A stretch of 64,000 nucleotides of DNA from Carcharhinus longimanus. Its lineage: Eukaryota. Positions 51,081 to 64,000 of this stretch are shown piece after piece. The first letter of the stretch is position 1. Each line of letters starts with the position of its first letter. Below the pieces are notes generated by a model. The model ran no database searches. It worked only from the letters and a program-made list of their open reading frames with translations, and was not told where the DNA came from. Position numbers and translations under genes: made by a program. The stretch is taken from NCBI GenBank assembly GCA_030264375.1, contig JASCQW010000122.1, positions 27,226,859-27,290,858 on the forward strand, read 5' to 3'.

Positions 51081-52654
51081 TGTCATCCTGACACTAATTT
51101 TCAATTCCAGATTTACTAATTGAATTTAAATTCTACGAGCTGATATGGTGGGATGAGAACTCCTGTCACCAGAGAATTTAGTTTGGGCTCTGGCTTGTTG
51201 GTCCAGTGACACTACCACTACACCACTGTCTTCCCCCTAAACTCCATGGAAGGAAACTTGCTGCTCTGAATTGTCAAGCACTCCAATTCCACATCAATGT
51301 GGTTGATTCTCAGCTGCTCTCTGATGTACCTGAATAAGCCATTCAGCCAACCAAAATGATGCAAGTGAACAAAAGATTACAACTTGACCAACCACTCTGC
51401 TGTGACAGAGGCATTCCAATAGGATCTGTCAAAGCTACACCCTGCCCAAACCCAAACCCAGCAACCCTACAAAGACCTCCTCCCGAATGTCTGGAAACTG
51501 GTGCTATAGCTCAGACAGCCTCTGAACAAAATCAAGCAATAGCCTGACATAGGCATTTTTAGAATCAATGTCCAAGGCTTCATCATCATCATTCCTGGGT
51601 GTGTCTTTTCCCAGTGGCAGGATGGAACACCAGGGTAGGACTTAACATCCTTGTTAAGACTGAGACTCATCTTCACACTGTAGACACCTTCTGAACATGT
51701 CACGTGTCATCCCCACCCTGTTAACTAGGACAGATTAAGAACAACTCTAGCAGCTCAAAACGAGTTGTCCATGAACACTGTGGACAATCATCAGCAGCAG
51801 AATTACACACCACCACAGTCTGTAACCTCATGGTCGGGCATGTTTTTCATTTTTTCATAGCTGTAAAGCTAAACGGTCAACCCTTGCTCAGTGAAGAGTG
51901 TAGAAGGGCAAACAGCATCAGGTTAACCTGAAAATAAAGTGTCAACCTGGCCAAGCTACAACACCACATGCAAGCTAAAAACTGGATTCAACATGCTCCA
52001 GACTGTATAAAATGATTGCAATACCAACAGGTCAGGTCCAGCTCTGCAACTCTATCATATACAGCCTCAAACAGTTGGGGGCAATTAAGCAGCCAACAGA
52101 AGGAGGAAGCTCCATGGACATTCCTATCCTCAATAATAGCATGAGGCCAGCATGTGAATCTAAAAGACAAGGCTGAAATGTCCATAACTGTATAATCCAT
52201 CGGTGATCCATCTCAGCCTCCTCCTGGAGGCTCCCAATATCACAGCTGCCAGTTTTGACTCAATTTAATTCACGCTGTCAAATTAAAAAACAACTGAGGG
52301 CATGCGGACACTTAGATCCAAACACATGCTCCAGAACAAATCATGCTTTTTCTGAACAACTCCAATAATTGCTCAGATAAGCCTTGTCCATAAAGCTGCA
52401 CAAATCCAATCCTGCCACACACCGTTCCACCAGCTGACTCTGACTCATCAGCAAGTAATGGCATCATCAACAGTGTTACCAAGTGGCATTTTATCAGTTT
52501 GGATTCTGTGAGAATCACTAGCCTCCAGACTTCATTATAACCTTAACTGTAATGATGGACATGAACTGAATTCCAGAGCAGAGATGACAGTGATTCCCTT
52601 GATCAAATGACTACAAAAAGGACCAACAGCACTACATGAAGGGGGTTTCTATTA

Positions 52655-52977
52655 TAGAATCATATCATAGAATCTACAGTGCAGGAGGCCATTTGGCCCA
52701 TCAGGCCTGCACTGAAAACAATCCCACCCAGGTCCCATTACCACAACCCAACATATTAACCCACCTAATCCCCCTGACACTAAAGGGCAATTTATCATGG
52801 CCAATCAACCTAACCTGCACATCTTTGGACTGTGGGAGGAAACCAGAGCACCCAGAGGAAACCCACACAGACATGAGGAGAATGTATGGAGTTTGCACAG
52901 TCAGCGACCCAAGCCGGGAATCAAACCCAGGTCCCTGGAGCTGTGAAGCAGCAGTGCTAACCGCTGCTACTGTGCCA
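52655..52977 (-). mobile_element. tRNA-derived SINE (tail type A), full length
   Basis: Tail catagaatctacagtgcaggaggccatttggcccatc; head ...gctgtgaagcagcagtgctaaccgct. Confidence 0.92.
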
Positions 52978-53769
52978 TATCCTGTCAAACAAACTTCAAT
53001 ACTCTGTTTAAGTACCTGTTTCCTCAGTTCCTTTAACCCCAGACTTCTCGGAAACTTCTTTCTTCCTCTCATTTTCTTAATTTGCTGTTCTTTAAGTCTC
53101 CTGCACTTGTTTTCTTAATCATTACTCCACAGTTGACTTTACTTCTAACAAAGTGAGAGTGATGTTCCCTTTCTACTCGGTTATAATTAACTGCTGCGTT
53201 CAGCTAAAACCACACTCGTAAAGCCAGCCTATGCTAAAGGCGCCCTGGTTATTAAACAATGACTTTATACTTCTCCCAGCTTGTTTGTTTTTATGCTGTA
53301 GCCCTCTCTAACTCAGTAGAAGCACAGTCTGAAATGAAACCAAACCCAGATATACTTTGTTTAGCATGAATCTAGTACTAATCCTCTTATATAGAACAAC
53401 TAAATTAAACCCATTTAAATTTGCACATTATTTCTAATATTTAACAATACAAATATAAATCCTTTAAAACTACCTCTGTTTTCCTGACACTAGTCAATTT
53501 ACATCTTGAGATTCCTATAAATTGCCCTTTTTGGCAACCTTATAAATTGTAATTAAGGCCCAAGTCATTTGTACACTGTGCAAACTTAATGTTGAAGTAG
53601 AACACATCAAAGCCATCCTGCAGGATAATGGCTACCCTGATCAGGTCATTGCTTGTTGTATATCATGCAAACTCATGGATGGGCCTAAGACTGTCACTTT
53701 CCAACTGACCTCAGATTACCCAAAAAGAGCAAGATATCTCAAAAGTTTAAGCAACAGGTGAAGGTAGCT

Positions 53770-54480
53770 GTTTCACACGGGTTCCATGCAGTAGCAACAC
53801 GAGTGGTATTCACCACTAACTCGATGCTGCCACCAAACAAAAAAGATGTTCTGCCTCTTGCACATATGAGCAAATATGCGGTATATGAATTTCAGTATTG
53901 GAGTGATGCCAGATATGTAGGCCATATGTCCCAATGACTGGGGAATCATTTCAAATAGCAAGTCCCTTTGGCTTTTCATGGCAGGCAAAGTACTAACTGT
54001 ACCCAACCAACCTCGACTTGCAAAACTCAAAACAAAATGTCTAACATTAAATGTGATTGTGCAGTTGGACAACACTTGCTTAAAAACTCAAATTGTGCAA
54101 AGAACAACACTGGAAACCAATTTAAGAATTTCAGAATGCAGCCCCCTTATGCATGCTACAAGTCACATATATTCTCACACAAGGACCTGTCCTTTGCAGA
54201 CAGAAGGAGCATGTACACACCTTGTGCCTTTTGCAACTAACCTAGCGCATAGGGGACAGCTATTACCTGATTCGTTCCTTGTGGCAATGCCTTGATGAAT
54301 CGGAGTTGATCTACTGGTTTGAATTTGAACAAAAGCTTGGCAGTTAACTTGTCCCTGTTGTTTCTTCCATGGTAATGCCTCCACCAATCAGAATCCACTT
54401 GACAACCAGTCATCAATCTTTTCTCATGCAGTATAAATTATTGTTCCATTTACTGTTAATTTTTTTCTGTCCTGAAAGTA
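53770..54480 (+). mobile_element. Degenerate Penelope-like GIY-YIG region and 3' terminus
   Basis: YEFQYWSDARYVGHMSQ*LGNHFK and CAVGQHLLKNSNCAKN resemble Penelope-like endonuclease motifs. The terminus is shared with 5425-5590. Confidence 0.6.
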
Positions 54481-55144
54481 AATTAAACTATTTTCAAGTC
54501 TATAAGATTTTTTAGGAACTGTAAAGGACCAGCGAGCTCAAACAAGCTTGTGCCACTTTCATAGATTAGCCACACCTCACAAATCTTTCTCCTTCCAGAA
54601 CTTCAGCCAATTGCCTCTTGAAGCCATGTTATTTAATTAGTGGACTATTTAACAAGCGTTTGTGTTTCCCTTTTATAACGGTTTTATTCACTTTACCACT
54701 AACATCACCAAGGAGAAAGTAAGAACGTTACTCCTGTGAAAATGTGATTATTGAGATGTTTTTTCTTACTTTGAAAGATTTACAGTTCTTCTGAATTATT
54801 CATTTTTCACCTGTATGAATGAATCTCAACAATCAGTATGTTTTCCAGTATGTTAATTTAATTATTCTCCTTTCCACTATTATCCTGTTTCCATGAATGT
54901 ACTCTGGGCCCTAGGCTTCTCAAAGTTATTACTAATGCTGACTTGTACTGGAAGACATGAAGTAATTCTGCTTTTCTCACTCTGAATAAAGCACATTGCT
55001 CACACAAGAGGTACCAATAATATATTTTACTCTTGACATAATAGTTTAATTATTAACAAATGGTCTGTTTAGTTCTTGCTCTTAAGACATACAACCACAA
55101 TACCAAGTTTGAGCATTGATTTACTCCCAGTTGTGCATTTGACT

Positions 55145-56180
55145 AATAGAATCATAGCACCTTACAATACAGAAGTAGGCAATTCACCCCATCATCTGTG
55201 TGCCAGCTCAAGCAAAGGGCTATACAAATTAGTGTCACTATTGTCTTCTTTCCCCAAAGCCTTGCAGTTTTCTCCCCTTCAAGTATTTATGAAATATTTT
55301 TGAAAGTTATTGTATGTGAAATGGCTTTCACTACCTTTCAGACAATGCATTCAAGCTGCTTGCAAAAAATGTTTTCTCAAATCATGGCAGGCTCTTTTGC
55401 CAATTACTTTAAATTTATGTTCTCTGATTACTGACATTTTGGACATTGGAACTGTTTCCCCTATTTATCCTCTCAAAACGTTTTAATATTTTGAAAATCT
55501 CAATTAAATATCTCTTTCTTTGTCTCTACTGTAAGGAGTACAATTTGTTTTTCTAGTCTGTGTCTGAATCCCCTCAATCTTGGTAGCATTTTAGTAAATC
55601 TTCTCTGAACCTTCTCCAAAGACTTGACATCCTTCTAGATGTGCGATGCCTAGAATTGAAGACAATGTTCCAGATCATGTCGAAGTAGTGATTTGTGAAG
55701 GTTTACTGCAAGTTCCATGTTTTTGGACTCAATGTCTCTATTATTAAAGCCAAGGATGTGTATACTTTTTTGATATCCTTCTCAACTTGTCCTTCCATCT
55801 TAAAGGTTTCTGTACACAGCCCTCCAGATTTCTTGCTCACCCTCTAAAATTGTATCATCTGGCTTATATTACACTTCTTCATTCTTCTGCCAAAAATGCA
55901 TTGCTCATATTTCTCTACATTAAGTTTCATCAGCTAAATATCTCCCATTTCAACAGTCTGTCTACGTTCTCCATTACTATCATTTTCACTGTTAGCTACT
56001 TTTCTATATTTTATGTCATCTGCAAATTTTGGAATGATGCTCTATATATCCAAGTCTAGGCTATGATTTTATATCAAAAACAGCAGTTGACTTAATAATA
56101 GTCTCTGGGAGACATGACATATATTTTCTTCTAGTCTGAAAAACAACCATTGACCACTACTTTGTTTTCTGTCTATTAGC
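55145..56180 (-). mobile_element. Old CR1 LINE 3' portion
   Basis: Tail atagaatcatagcacc. RT remnants on the minus strand (gtcatctgcaaatttt corresponds to KFADD). Confidence 0.75.
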
Positions 56181-57044
56181 TAATATTTCCTCATTAGTAT
56201 TCACAATCAATTGTTGATCTCCAGCAGTTACAAAAAACATTATCATTCCAGATATTTCCCTACTGTGTATTGTGCCAATATCAACACAGTATTCTCTAAC
56301 AGTCCAGGCAAAAGCCATCTAACTCTGTTCTACTTCAGAGTGCAGACGCACGTACAAAATATGTATCTCAAATGTATTCTGGTTGCAGTTAAAGGCATTA
56401 CCAAAAGGTGACAAAATAGAACTCCATAAATTCTTATAAAGTGAATGTTCCTTAGTAGAGGATGGCTATGAATAAATATAGAATTAAGAAGCAAACCATA
56501 TTGTATATGTAGTGATTCAGGACCTTGTCCCATTAGTACATTGTTTTACACCAATTCATCCTGACGGTTTTCCACATATTGAATTCTTGACTTTAGCTGA
56601 ATCATCAGGTTTATATGCCAAGCTCAGCATTGTACCCCTGGACAACATACTGATTGTAAATTCACTAGAGGAGGCAGAAATAATGGGTAGAGCCATCCTG
56701 GTTAACAATGTTAGTGGAGAATAACGGAACGCTATTAGCACAGGCCAAGGTGCATGTCAACTACTTGAGATCTGCCGACTGGAAAACAACATCTGTTATG
56801 AGGGGAACCTGTAAAGGACATAAGCAACTTTTAAAAAATTGGAAGGAAGTATAAATTAACAGCAAACTGCAAAATTAGGTAGGATAAAAATGAATTGTGA
56901 CATTATTTGGAAATGAAGACAAATGAATGACCTAATTGGGGAAAATGTGCGCAAATGATCTGAATCCAAAATTTTAGAATTATAACCTTTCTGTCCAAAA
57001 TGCAGCAGAATTTAGCAAACTTCCTGTTCTACATGCATACACAT

Positions 57045-58250
57045 ATAAAATAGGAACAGAAATAGGTCATTTTTCTCTTTCAGCCCACTCCTCCCTTCAA
57101 TAAGATCATGAGGGACATCGCACAAGAATTTTTTAAAATGTCAGTTCTGGTGAGAAAACCAGTGTGAAGCACTCCGGCTCCAGTGGCCGGTTTCCTCCCA
57201 GAATATTCACACTTTGACAGCTAAAAGAAAGGGTAGACAACTTTTGCACCATGAGCCTGGTGGGGCGGGTACTCAGAGCTGGTAAAGCCAGCTGCATAGA
57301 GATCGGGATGCCATTTTTAAAAGGCGCTCTAATCCAAACAAAAAGGACACATTAAAAGTAGAGAAAATAACTTCACTGCTCATTTAAAATAAAATAAAGT
57401 GGACATTTGTAAACAAAGTTTAAAAAGGACAAAAAATATATTTCCCATTTCACCACATATAAATGCCCCCCATGAGGCACTCAAGGCCTGACCTGGCTGT
57501 GCCAACCTGGCAGTGCCAACCAGTGCCAGGAGACAGTGCCAGTCGACAACCGGGCCATGACCCCCTCCACTGGGGCCATACTTTCCCATGTACCCCCAGA
57601 GAGATCCCCGACAGGTTTACGTTTTAAAAGATCTGGCTGGAACCTCGCCAATGTGATACCACATCAGTGAGGTATGAATATTCAGTAAAGTGGATGATTT
57701 GATGACAGAACTAATTGATTATATTCAGATTTATTAAAATGTATTAAAATCAGGTTCTCGCCCATTATATGAACTTACTTACGTCATCTGCAAAGGCCAA
57801 TGAAAATCGGAAATCACAGTAATGCCAGAGTAAACCATGCTTTTAGAATCTCACAGTATTTTGACCCCACTCCACTGATCCCACGAAGAATGTGGGGTCA
57901 GAATCCTTCCTCCACGCCTGATTTGTTTATGTTTTGAGTTATCCATTCCTGGTAACCTTTGATTCTAGCTGAATATGAATCTATCTACCTCTGCCTTAAA
58001 AATAATCAATGACTCCTCTTCATCTTCCTTCTGAGGAAAAGAGCTCCAAATTCTCACAATTCTCTGAAAGAAAAACTTTCTCCCCATCTCCGACCAATTA
58101 GAGCAACGCCTAATTTTTCTCACATATTAGCCTCTTGGTCTGGACTCACCCGTAAGAGGATATGTCCTTTCCACATCCATCTTGTCAAGACCATTTAGAA
58201 TGTTATATACTTCAATCAAATCACCCCTCACTCTTCTAAACTCCAGTGGA
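57045..58250 (-). mobile_element. CR1 3' end interrupted by a GC-rich DNA element (about 57112-57910)
   Basis: The CR1 tail aaataggaacagaaataggtcat...caataagatcatg stops at 57110, and CR1-like sequence resumes at about 57916. Confidence 0.65.
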
Positions 58251-58453
58251 AAATAATATTGTAACAATAATTATGACTGGAGTAAAGTACAAGGCCACAC
58301 TCATCCATGATCAACTATCTTTTATCACTGCATCTCTCAAAATTGCTTCCTAGTTCTATATTCATTTATAATCATCCACTGTAGAGGAATATCTACTTAT
58401 TCATTCATTCAGAAATATTCATTAGCAGTTTTATATTTAGTCACAGGGCAACA

Positions 58454-58748
58454 GGGTGGCACAGTGGTTGGCACTGCTGCCTCACAGCGCTGGGGACCCA
58501 GGTTCCTGTGTAGAGTTTGCACATTCTCCCCGTGTCTACATGGGTTCCCTGCAGGTGCTCCGATTTCCTCCCACAGTGTAAAGGTGAGCAGGTTAGGTTG
58601 ATTGGGAATGCTAAATTGCCCCTTTGTGTCAGAGGAATGAGAAGTGTAAATATGTGGGGTTATGGAGATATGGCCTGGGTGGGATTGTTGTCAGTGCAGG
58701 CTCAATGGGCCAAGTGACCTCATTTTGCACTGCAGGGATTCTATGATT
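58454..58748 (+). mobile_element. tRNA-derived SINE (tail type A)
   Basis: gggtggcacagtggttggcactgctgcctcacagcgc...gcactgcagggattctatgattc. Confidence 0.92.
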
Positions 58749-58914
58749 CACATTTCAATCACTTTTTAACTGCAATCAGGATACATTTGAGATATGTACT
58801 GGAGTTTCTGTTTTAAAGTCTTAGTAAGTCTTTGGTAGCTGTTTGTTTAATAAGGATGTATATATATTATGTTATATACTATTTATGTATATATTTCATT
58901 ATAGATTAACATTT

Positions 58915-60010
58915 TTCAGCAATGGTTCAGTTGGTAGCATTTTCACTTCTGAGCCCAAATGTTGTGGGTTCACTCTAAAACTCAAGTACAACAATTCTAG
59001 ACTGACACTTCAATGCAATGCTGATGGAATACCGCACGGTTATGGATACTGGGGCAGGATTTTCTTGCCCTTTCTGCCGGCAGGATCTTCTAGTCCCACC
59101 GACCATGCACCCCTGTCATGGGTTTCCCAGCAGTGTGGAGTCGGTTCAGTGGGAATCCCATTGACTGTGGTTGGACCAGAAAGTCCCACCACTTGCCGAT
59201 GACAAGCTGCCCCCCGCCGCAGAGAAATACATCTTATGAGGGCCAGAGAATCCTACCTACTGCTTACAGAGGATGGGTGGGATTTTACAGCCTCGTTTGT
59301 CCAGAAACCATAAAATCCTGCCTGAGGTCAATGGACATTTCCACATCCACCCCTCACCCGCTCCGATTCCTGTGGCAAACAGGACGGTAAAATTCCAGCG
59401 GATATGTTAAAAGACATTGTGTCAACCCTCCTAACTTTATGTTAAAAAATCACAAGGCACTATTTTGAAAAAGAGCAGCAGAGTGGATGGCATAGTGGCA
59501 AACACTGCTGCCTCCCAGCACCAGGGACCTGGGTTCGATTCCCTGTTTAGGTCACTGTCCCTATGGGGCTTACATATTCTCCCCCTGTCTGCACTGGTTT
59601 CCCCCAGGTGCTCTGTTTTCCTCCCACACTCCAAAGATGTGCAGATTAGATGGATTGGCCATGCTAATTTTCCCCTTACTATCAGGGGGATTGGCCAGAG
59701 TAAATGTGTGGGGATAGGGCCTGAGTGGGATTGTAATCGGTGCAGACTCGATGGGCTGAATGACCTGTTTTTGCACTGTAGAATTCCACGATTCTATGAG
59801 TCACCCCTGATGTCCTGGCCAATATTTATTCCTCCAACCAATAGCACAAAAATACTTTTACATTGCTTTTTTATGGGACTTATAGTATGCAAGTTAGCAT
59901 CTGTGTTTTCCACAATACAAGGATGGCTACACATCAAGAAGTAGCTAATTCATTGGGAAACATTTAAGATGATTGTGAAAGGTACTGTACAAATACAAGT
60001 CTTTCTTTTG
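58915..60010 (+). mobile_element. Nested cluster: old SINE-like repeat split by two MITE-like elements (about 59050-59235 and 59275-59400) and a tail-A SINE (59487-59798)
   Basis: Old head ggttcagttggtagcattttcacttctgagccc at 58923. The body resumes after each insert and ends ...actgtacaaatacaagtctttctttt. Confidence 0.65.
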
Positions 60011-60937
60011 TTTTCCACATGGTGTTGATTCAACCAAGATTACAGGTGGGATTTTCCAGTCACACCCATCCCAAGATTGGAAATTCCTGCCCAAGGTCAA
60101 TGGACCTTTAAATGGTCAGTCAAATTTTCTGTCACTCCTGCCACAGTTCCTGCAGTGGGCAGGAGCAGAAAATTTACCCCAAAGAGTTTATTGTGTGGAC
60201 ATCAGGAGTGTCAGCCCAAGACTTATCATACCTGTGATAAATGGACTACACCACTGACTTATCAGCTGAGACTTTGATTTTGCAGAATTTGCAACATTTC
60301 ACAAGCACGGTGTCTTGATAACATAGTAGCAGGAGTTATGACATCTATTATTAAAAAATGAACATTCCTTTTAACTCAATAACCTCTTTTACACAAGTTT
60401 ACTCATCTTGTCTTCGATGTTTTAAAGCAATGTACCATCTGGAATTTTCATTAAATCAAATGAGAAGTCTTTTCTTGAGTACATTCGATTCAGGAATGAG
60501 GTACAACATCTTGCCAGTAGGTTGTGCTGTGTAACACCACATCACCACAGTCCTTTCTGCCATCTGTCTAAATCGAAATCAACTTCATTTTCACGAAACA
60601 AGATACAGCCTTGAGTTTCTCACCGTCTACTGGACACACCCATAGAAATCTGCCTTATTATTTACCCAACAATATACCATTTTTTCACAACAATGAGATA
60701 AAGAACAGTTTTAACCCCTGCCTGCCAAGAACAGTGACAAGAACACATCAAGAACAGTATAAGCTGAGGGGTTTAAAATCACTTCTGTGACCAGCTGACT
60801 CTCCCATCTTTCCAACTGACCTGTGTGGTCAGGCATCTGTCCTAGGCAAGTAGGGTCATAGTTAAAAGGTTGAAGTCCCACTTTGTTATAGTCATACCTG
60901 CACCCACCATGTTTTAACTATAAATTGTGGATGAAAG

Positions 60938-61240
60938 TAAAGTTTTTTTGTTAGTCACCAGTAATCTTACATTAACACTGCAATGAAGTTACTATGTAAT
61001 TACCCTTGTTGCCACACTTCAGTGCCTGTTCAGGTGCGTGGAGGGTGAATTTAGCATAGCCAATTTACCTAACCTGCCTATCTTTGGACTGTGGGAAGAA
61101 ACCAAAGCACCTGGAGGAAACCCACACAGAGACAGCAAGAATGTGCAAACTCCACACAGACAGTGACCCAAACCAGGAATTGAACCTAAGTTCCTGTTGC
61201 TGAGGGGCAGCAGAGTTAACCACTTTGCCACCATGCCACC
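60938..61240 (-). mobile_element. tRNA-derived SINE (tail type B)
   Basis: Reverse-complement tail ttagtcaccagtaatcttacattaacactgcaatgaagttac; head ...gttaaccactttgccaccatgccaccc. Confidence 0.9.
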
Positions 61241-63039
61241 CATTGATCCTTTCATTCTTGAATCTGCAAGCCTACCCTTGCTGGATTGGCATTTGAGAGG
61301 TCCTGATGCAGTATTAAGGGAGTGGGGGTTGTTGTCTATTCTGTGGCCCACTGAATCACAGATCTTTTGTTGCCTGGATCACCAGGTGTGTTTCAATCTT
61401 CCATTCTGTGTAACCACTTGCAACACGACCTGCTGTTGCTGGGCTGGTGGGGATGGTGGAGGGTGCCAGTGGACTTCAAAGGCATTAAAGCTCTGAATGT
61501 TTATACTGCTGGCTCCTTTAGGCAGCAAAAAAGGAGGTACAAGACACATGTAGTTCACAGCTACACCACCTGGCAGGACATCACCTTCTCCGCTAGCCAC
61601 AGTAGGACAGGCCTCATGGCTTTGTAGCAAATGCTGCCTGATAGTTTGCAGGATAGGATTGACTATATACATGTAGCCAGTGAGGCACCAGAACACAAGC
61701 TAGCTGGATCAGTAATAGAGTGGGATGCCAGTCTAAAAATGTTCTGTCTGATCATAGGAACATGCAGAGCTATGCAATTTATCCAGCAAGTTCCCTAGGT
61801 GCTTTTGTTCTCAGATATGATTTCATCCCCCTCTTACTCAATCCTAGGAGCAGCAAGACAGCTCTGGAACAACTGACTACTGATGCTCATGCACAATTCC
61901 ACCATTCCACAACTACTCAAACAGAGGTTCAAATATGTGGACTACTCATTAGACTGTCTACAATATACCTTCTGATAGCTCTCATGATGTGAAATGAGCA
62001 GTATAACATTGCAGGCGTGTCTGAACATGAAAGAATAAGAGATGCAATAGTCATTACTGAATGAGGAAGACCTAGGGGAAGGAGAGAAAGCAACAGAGGA
62101 AGAGGGATTACATCAGTATCTTGCCCCAGTGATGACAAAAATCTGCTCCTAAATCAACAAATCTAGTGAGTCCGACACATCCGAGAACTTTCAAAGAGAT
62201 TTGGAAACAATGGTCCCAATCATAATCTTAAAGTATTTAATTATTCCATTAAATAGCGCTGGTGGGGTGGTCCTTCTTGTGCTGAACAACCTGCCTACTC
62301 TGCATACTTCCAGTGGACACTCCTGGCATGAATACTAGTGCCTTCCTCAAAATGGTATCTATCACAGCTCATACCAGGAATGTGCACATGCATAGCACAG
62401 ACTACATATGGAGGCAAAATAGCACTGTTGGCAACACAAAACAGGTGCTAAGGAGTCTAATATTATGGCCGAAACCTTGTGTGAATTCATTCCAGAGAAG
62501 ACAACATAACGAATTGTATATTCTGCTTTTGCAATTGGATGACTGTTGAGCTTAAAGTGTATCGAATTTCATAATTCCATGGGCACAAAATTTACAAAAT
62601 ATAATCCACTCTGTGAATTTTCTCTGCTCCACAGACTCTCTTTAGGAAAAGAATGAAAATTTTGATTCCCTCTTCATTGTTGGCAGTGATATGATTGTTG
62701 AGCTGTTTTGAGTTATTTTTAGTGAATTTCTTCATACATTTAGATGCAGGAAATTCCTCAATCTTGTAATGATAGATTGCGAGAAGTGAACTGGAAATGG
62801 ACTCTACAGTGAGCCTTTTAGTTATTGTGACTTATTCTATTTCTCATCCATATGCAGTTACTATTAATGTCAATGCACTATAGTATGATTTTATTTGTAA
62901 CTGATGAATCAGGATACTATGTAACCATTCTGTGGCTTTCTGAGACCAGCAGGTTTTATTTTGTTAATATTTCACCAATGCAAATTATTTTTAAGGTTTC
63001 CATGTGGCAAAGTGCCAGCACAGAATTGAAGGAACGCAA

Positions 63040-63430
63040 GAAGTAAAATATTGTAGATGCTGGAAATCTGAAATAAAAGCAGGAAATGCTGGTATTACTG
63101 AGCAGATCAGGCAGCATCTGTGGAGAGACAATTGGAGTTCATATTTCGGGTCCAAGACCAGTCATCAGAACTGGGAAGAATTAGAAATATAGAAGACTTT
63201 GAGTATGTGATAGGGGCAAAGTGGGAAGAAAAAGCTGGATGTCCAATCTCTCTACATTTCCACCCCTACTAGGACGCTCTGGGAGCTTTCCACTTCCTCC
63301 TTGAATAGGGGCCTGACCAGTCCCCATCCACCAGCCAAATTGAACTTGTTCTCAAGACGAAAAATTTTAGCTCCAATCATTTCTTTCAAATAAAAGATGT
63401 TTCTGTGGTTATCTATATAGGTCTAAACAA
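63040..63430. mobile_element. Penelope-like terminal and RT-region fragments
   Basis: aaaatattgtagatgctggaaatctgaaataaaagcaggaaatgctgg, with a minus-strand ctgatga..gaaa core at 63144-63168. Confidence 0.65.
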
Positions 63431-64000
63431 TGCTTGCGTTTTTGCCCATTGCCTTTGATCCCCACCGTAATCTTCATTTCCCAGCCATTGATTCTATCCT
63501 CCCCTGGTAAAAGCCAGAGAATCTGTTTGCAACCTTCATGTCATTTGTTTGACCCTTAGGTGAGCTTCTGACTGCTATCACAAGACTTCCAATTTTCACT
63601 TGTGTAGCATCACCCAATTTCATCCAAGCCTCAGCTTGAATGCAGCTGAAATCTTCGTTCTTGCATTTTTTTAATTCACTTGCCTAAGTTTTCAAAGCAC
63701 TCCTGGCCAGACTCCCATTGTCCAAAATTATGCTGCCTATATTGTATCTCACACCAAGTCCTATTCACCCAAAGTGTATTCTTTATACTAGACAATAGCA
63801 AATAGCATTAACACCCATGTCTTTCAGGATATGTCGACATGCTAATACTTTCTGTCCTACAACTGCATTGCTTCCCATTGCTTCCAGTTAACTGCTTCCC
63901 AGTTTTTCTGATTCAATTTGTCCAATTTCTTGAAATATAATGTAAATTAGAAATAAAATTGATTTACAAAATTTAATTAATCTAATGTTTTGAGTGGAAG

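Noticed and set aside
60380-60660. Protein-like minus-strand frames (LFRENEVDFDLDRWQKGLW*...)
   Set aside because: Interrupted by stops, with no recognisable family and no convincing splice pair.
61300-62330. Possible Harbinger-like transposon remnant
   Set aside because: Impression only. I could not read a diagnostic motif or termini.

Overview
Eukaryotic, AT-rich, repeat-dense vertebrate DNA from a gapped draft scaffold. The SINE, CR1 and Penelope-like repeats look like those of elasmobranchs (sharks); this is an inference from repeat style. The only gene I can firmly identify is six consecutive minus-strand exons of DNMT1 (44722->37083). They splice into one intact 356-codon frame covering the end of BAH2, the (GK)n linker and catalytic motifs I, IV and VI. 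I could not find the adjacent upstream DNMT1 exon in the ungapped 19 kb above it. I also could not find any downstream catalytic/TRD exon in the 36 kb below it, where a 100-N gap sits about 330 bp past the last exon. It is therefore either a scaffold misjoin or a partial duplicate. The remainder is mostly CR1 and Rex1-like LINEs, tRNA-derived SINEs with two alternative tails, Penelope-like elements (GIY-YIG, hammerhead-like cores), Gypsy remnants, solo LTRs and MITE-like elements. Features worth a second look are several hairpins, a CpG-retaining island with a splice donor, and a decayed coiled-coil gene-like segment between LTR-like repeats. Most ORFs in the supplied track are spurious or run through N gaps. 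Repeat boundaries are approximate.
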